Both the position numbers and the translations under genes were made by a program. Shown piece by piece: positions 61,036 to 61,303 of a stretch of 61,303 nucleotides of DNA. The number at the start of each line of letters is the position of its first letter. The first letter of the stretch is position 1. This DNA is from Macrostomum lignano. Taxonomy: Eukaryota. The stretch lies in the NCBI GenBank assembly GCA_002269645.1, contig NIVC01003538.1:1-61303 (forward strand). The letters are read 5' to 3'. The notes beneath the pieces are model-generated. The model was not told the origin of the DNA, did no database searches, and saw only the letters and a list, made by a program, of their open reading frames with translations.

Positions 61036-61303
61036 AATTGACTGTTCAGGACATCTTAAGGTCAGAAATTTGACTGTTCAGGACATCTTAAGGTCAGAAA
61101 TTTGATTGTTCAGGACATCTTAGAGTCAGAAATTTGATTGTTCAAGACATCTTAGAGTCAGAAATTTGATTGTTCAAGACATCTTAGGGTCAGAAATTTG
61201 ACTGGTCAGGACATCTTAGGGTCAGAAATTTGACTGTTCAGGACATCTTAGGGTCAGAAATTTGATTGTTCAAGACATCTTAGGATCAGAAATTTGATTG
61301 TTC
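61036..61303. repeat. 32-bp minisatellite, runs off the window end
   Basis: AAATTTGATTGTTCAGGACATCTTAGGGTCAG units. Confidence 0.9.

Overview
Eukaryotic (invertebrate animal) genomic DNA with spliceosomal introns and many mobile elements. The (GACA)n microsatellites, minisatellite-filled introns and 1-bp indels resemble a long-read flatworm assembly such as Macrostomum; this is inference only. 1-14102: head-to-tail tandem of a Ty3/Gypsy LTR retrotransposon sharing a central 964-bp LTR. It has a tRNA-Lys PBS, gag, a -1 frameshift signal and pol. Between pol and the PPT it also carries an extra sense ORF encoding a J-domain (DnaJ/Hsp40-type) protein, which is the most unusual feature in the window. 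Next come a Crypton/DUF3504-like tyrosine-recombinase-derived gene, a perfect heat-shock element beside a small non-autonomous LTR element, a UMP-CMP kinase gene, and CHORDC1, whose first intron (14.6 kb) is almost entirely a 23-bp satellite. The rest holds a hAT-type MITE, a cationic amino acid transporter gene with an inverted pair of CORE-SINEs in one intron, a Ty1/Copia element with HSE-bearing LTRs inserted in a (GACA)n tract, a secreted PAN/LamG-like gene, and the 3' exons of a TRP-like channel. Many frameshifts fall in homopolymers and are probably sequencing errors. All coordinates were read by eye.
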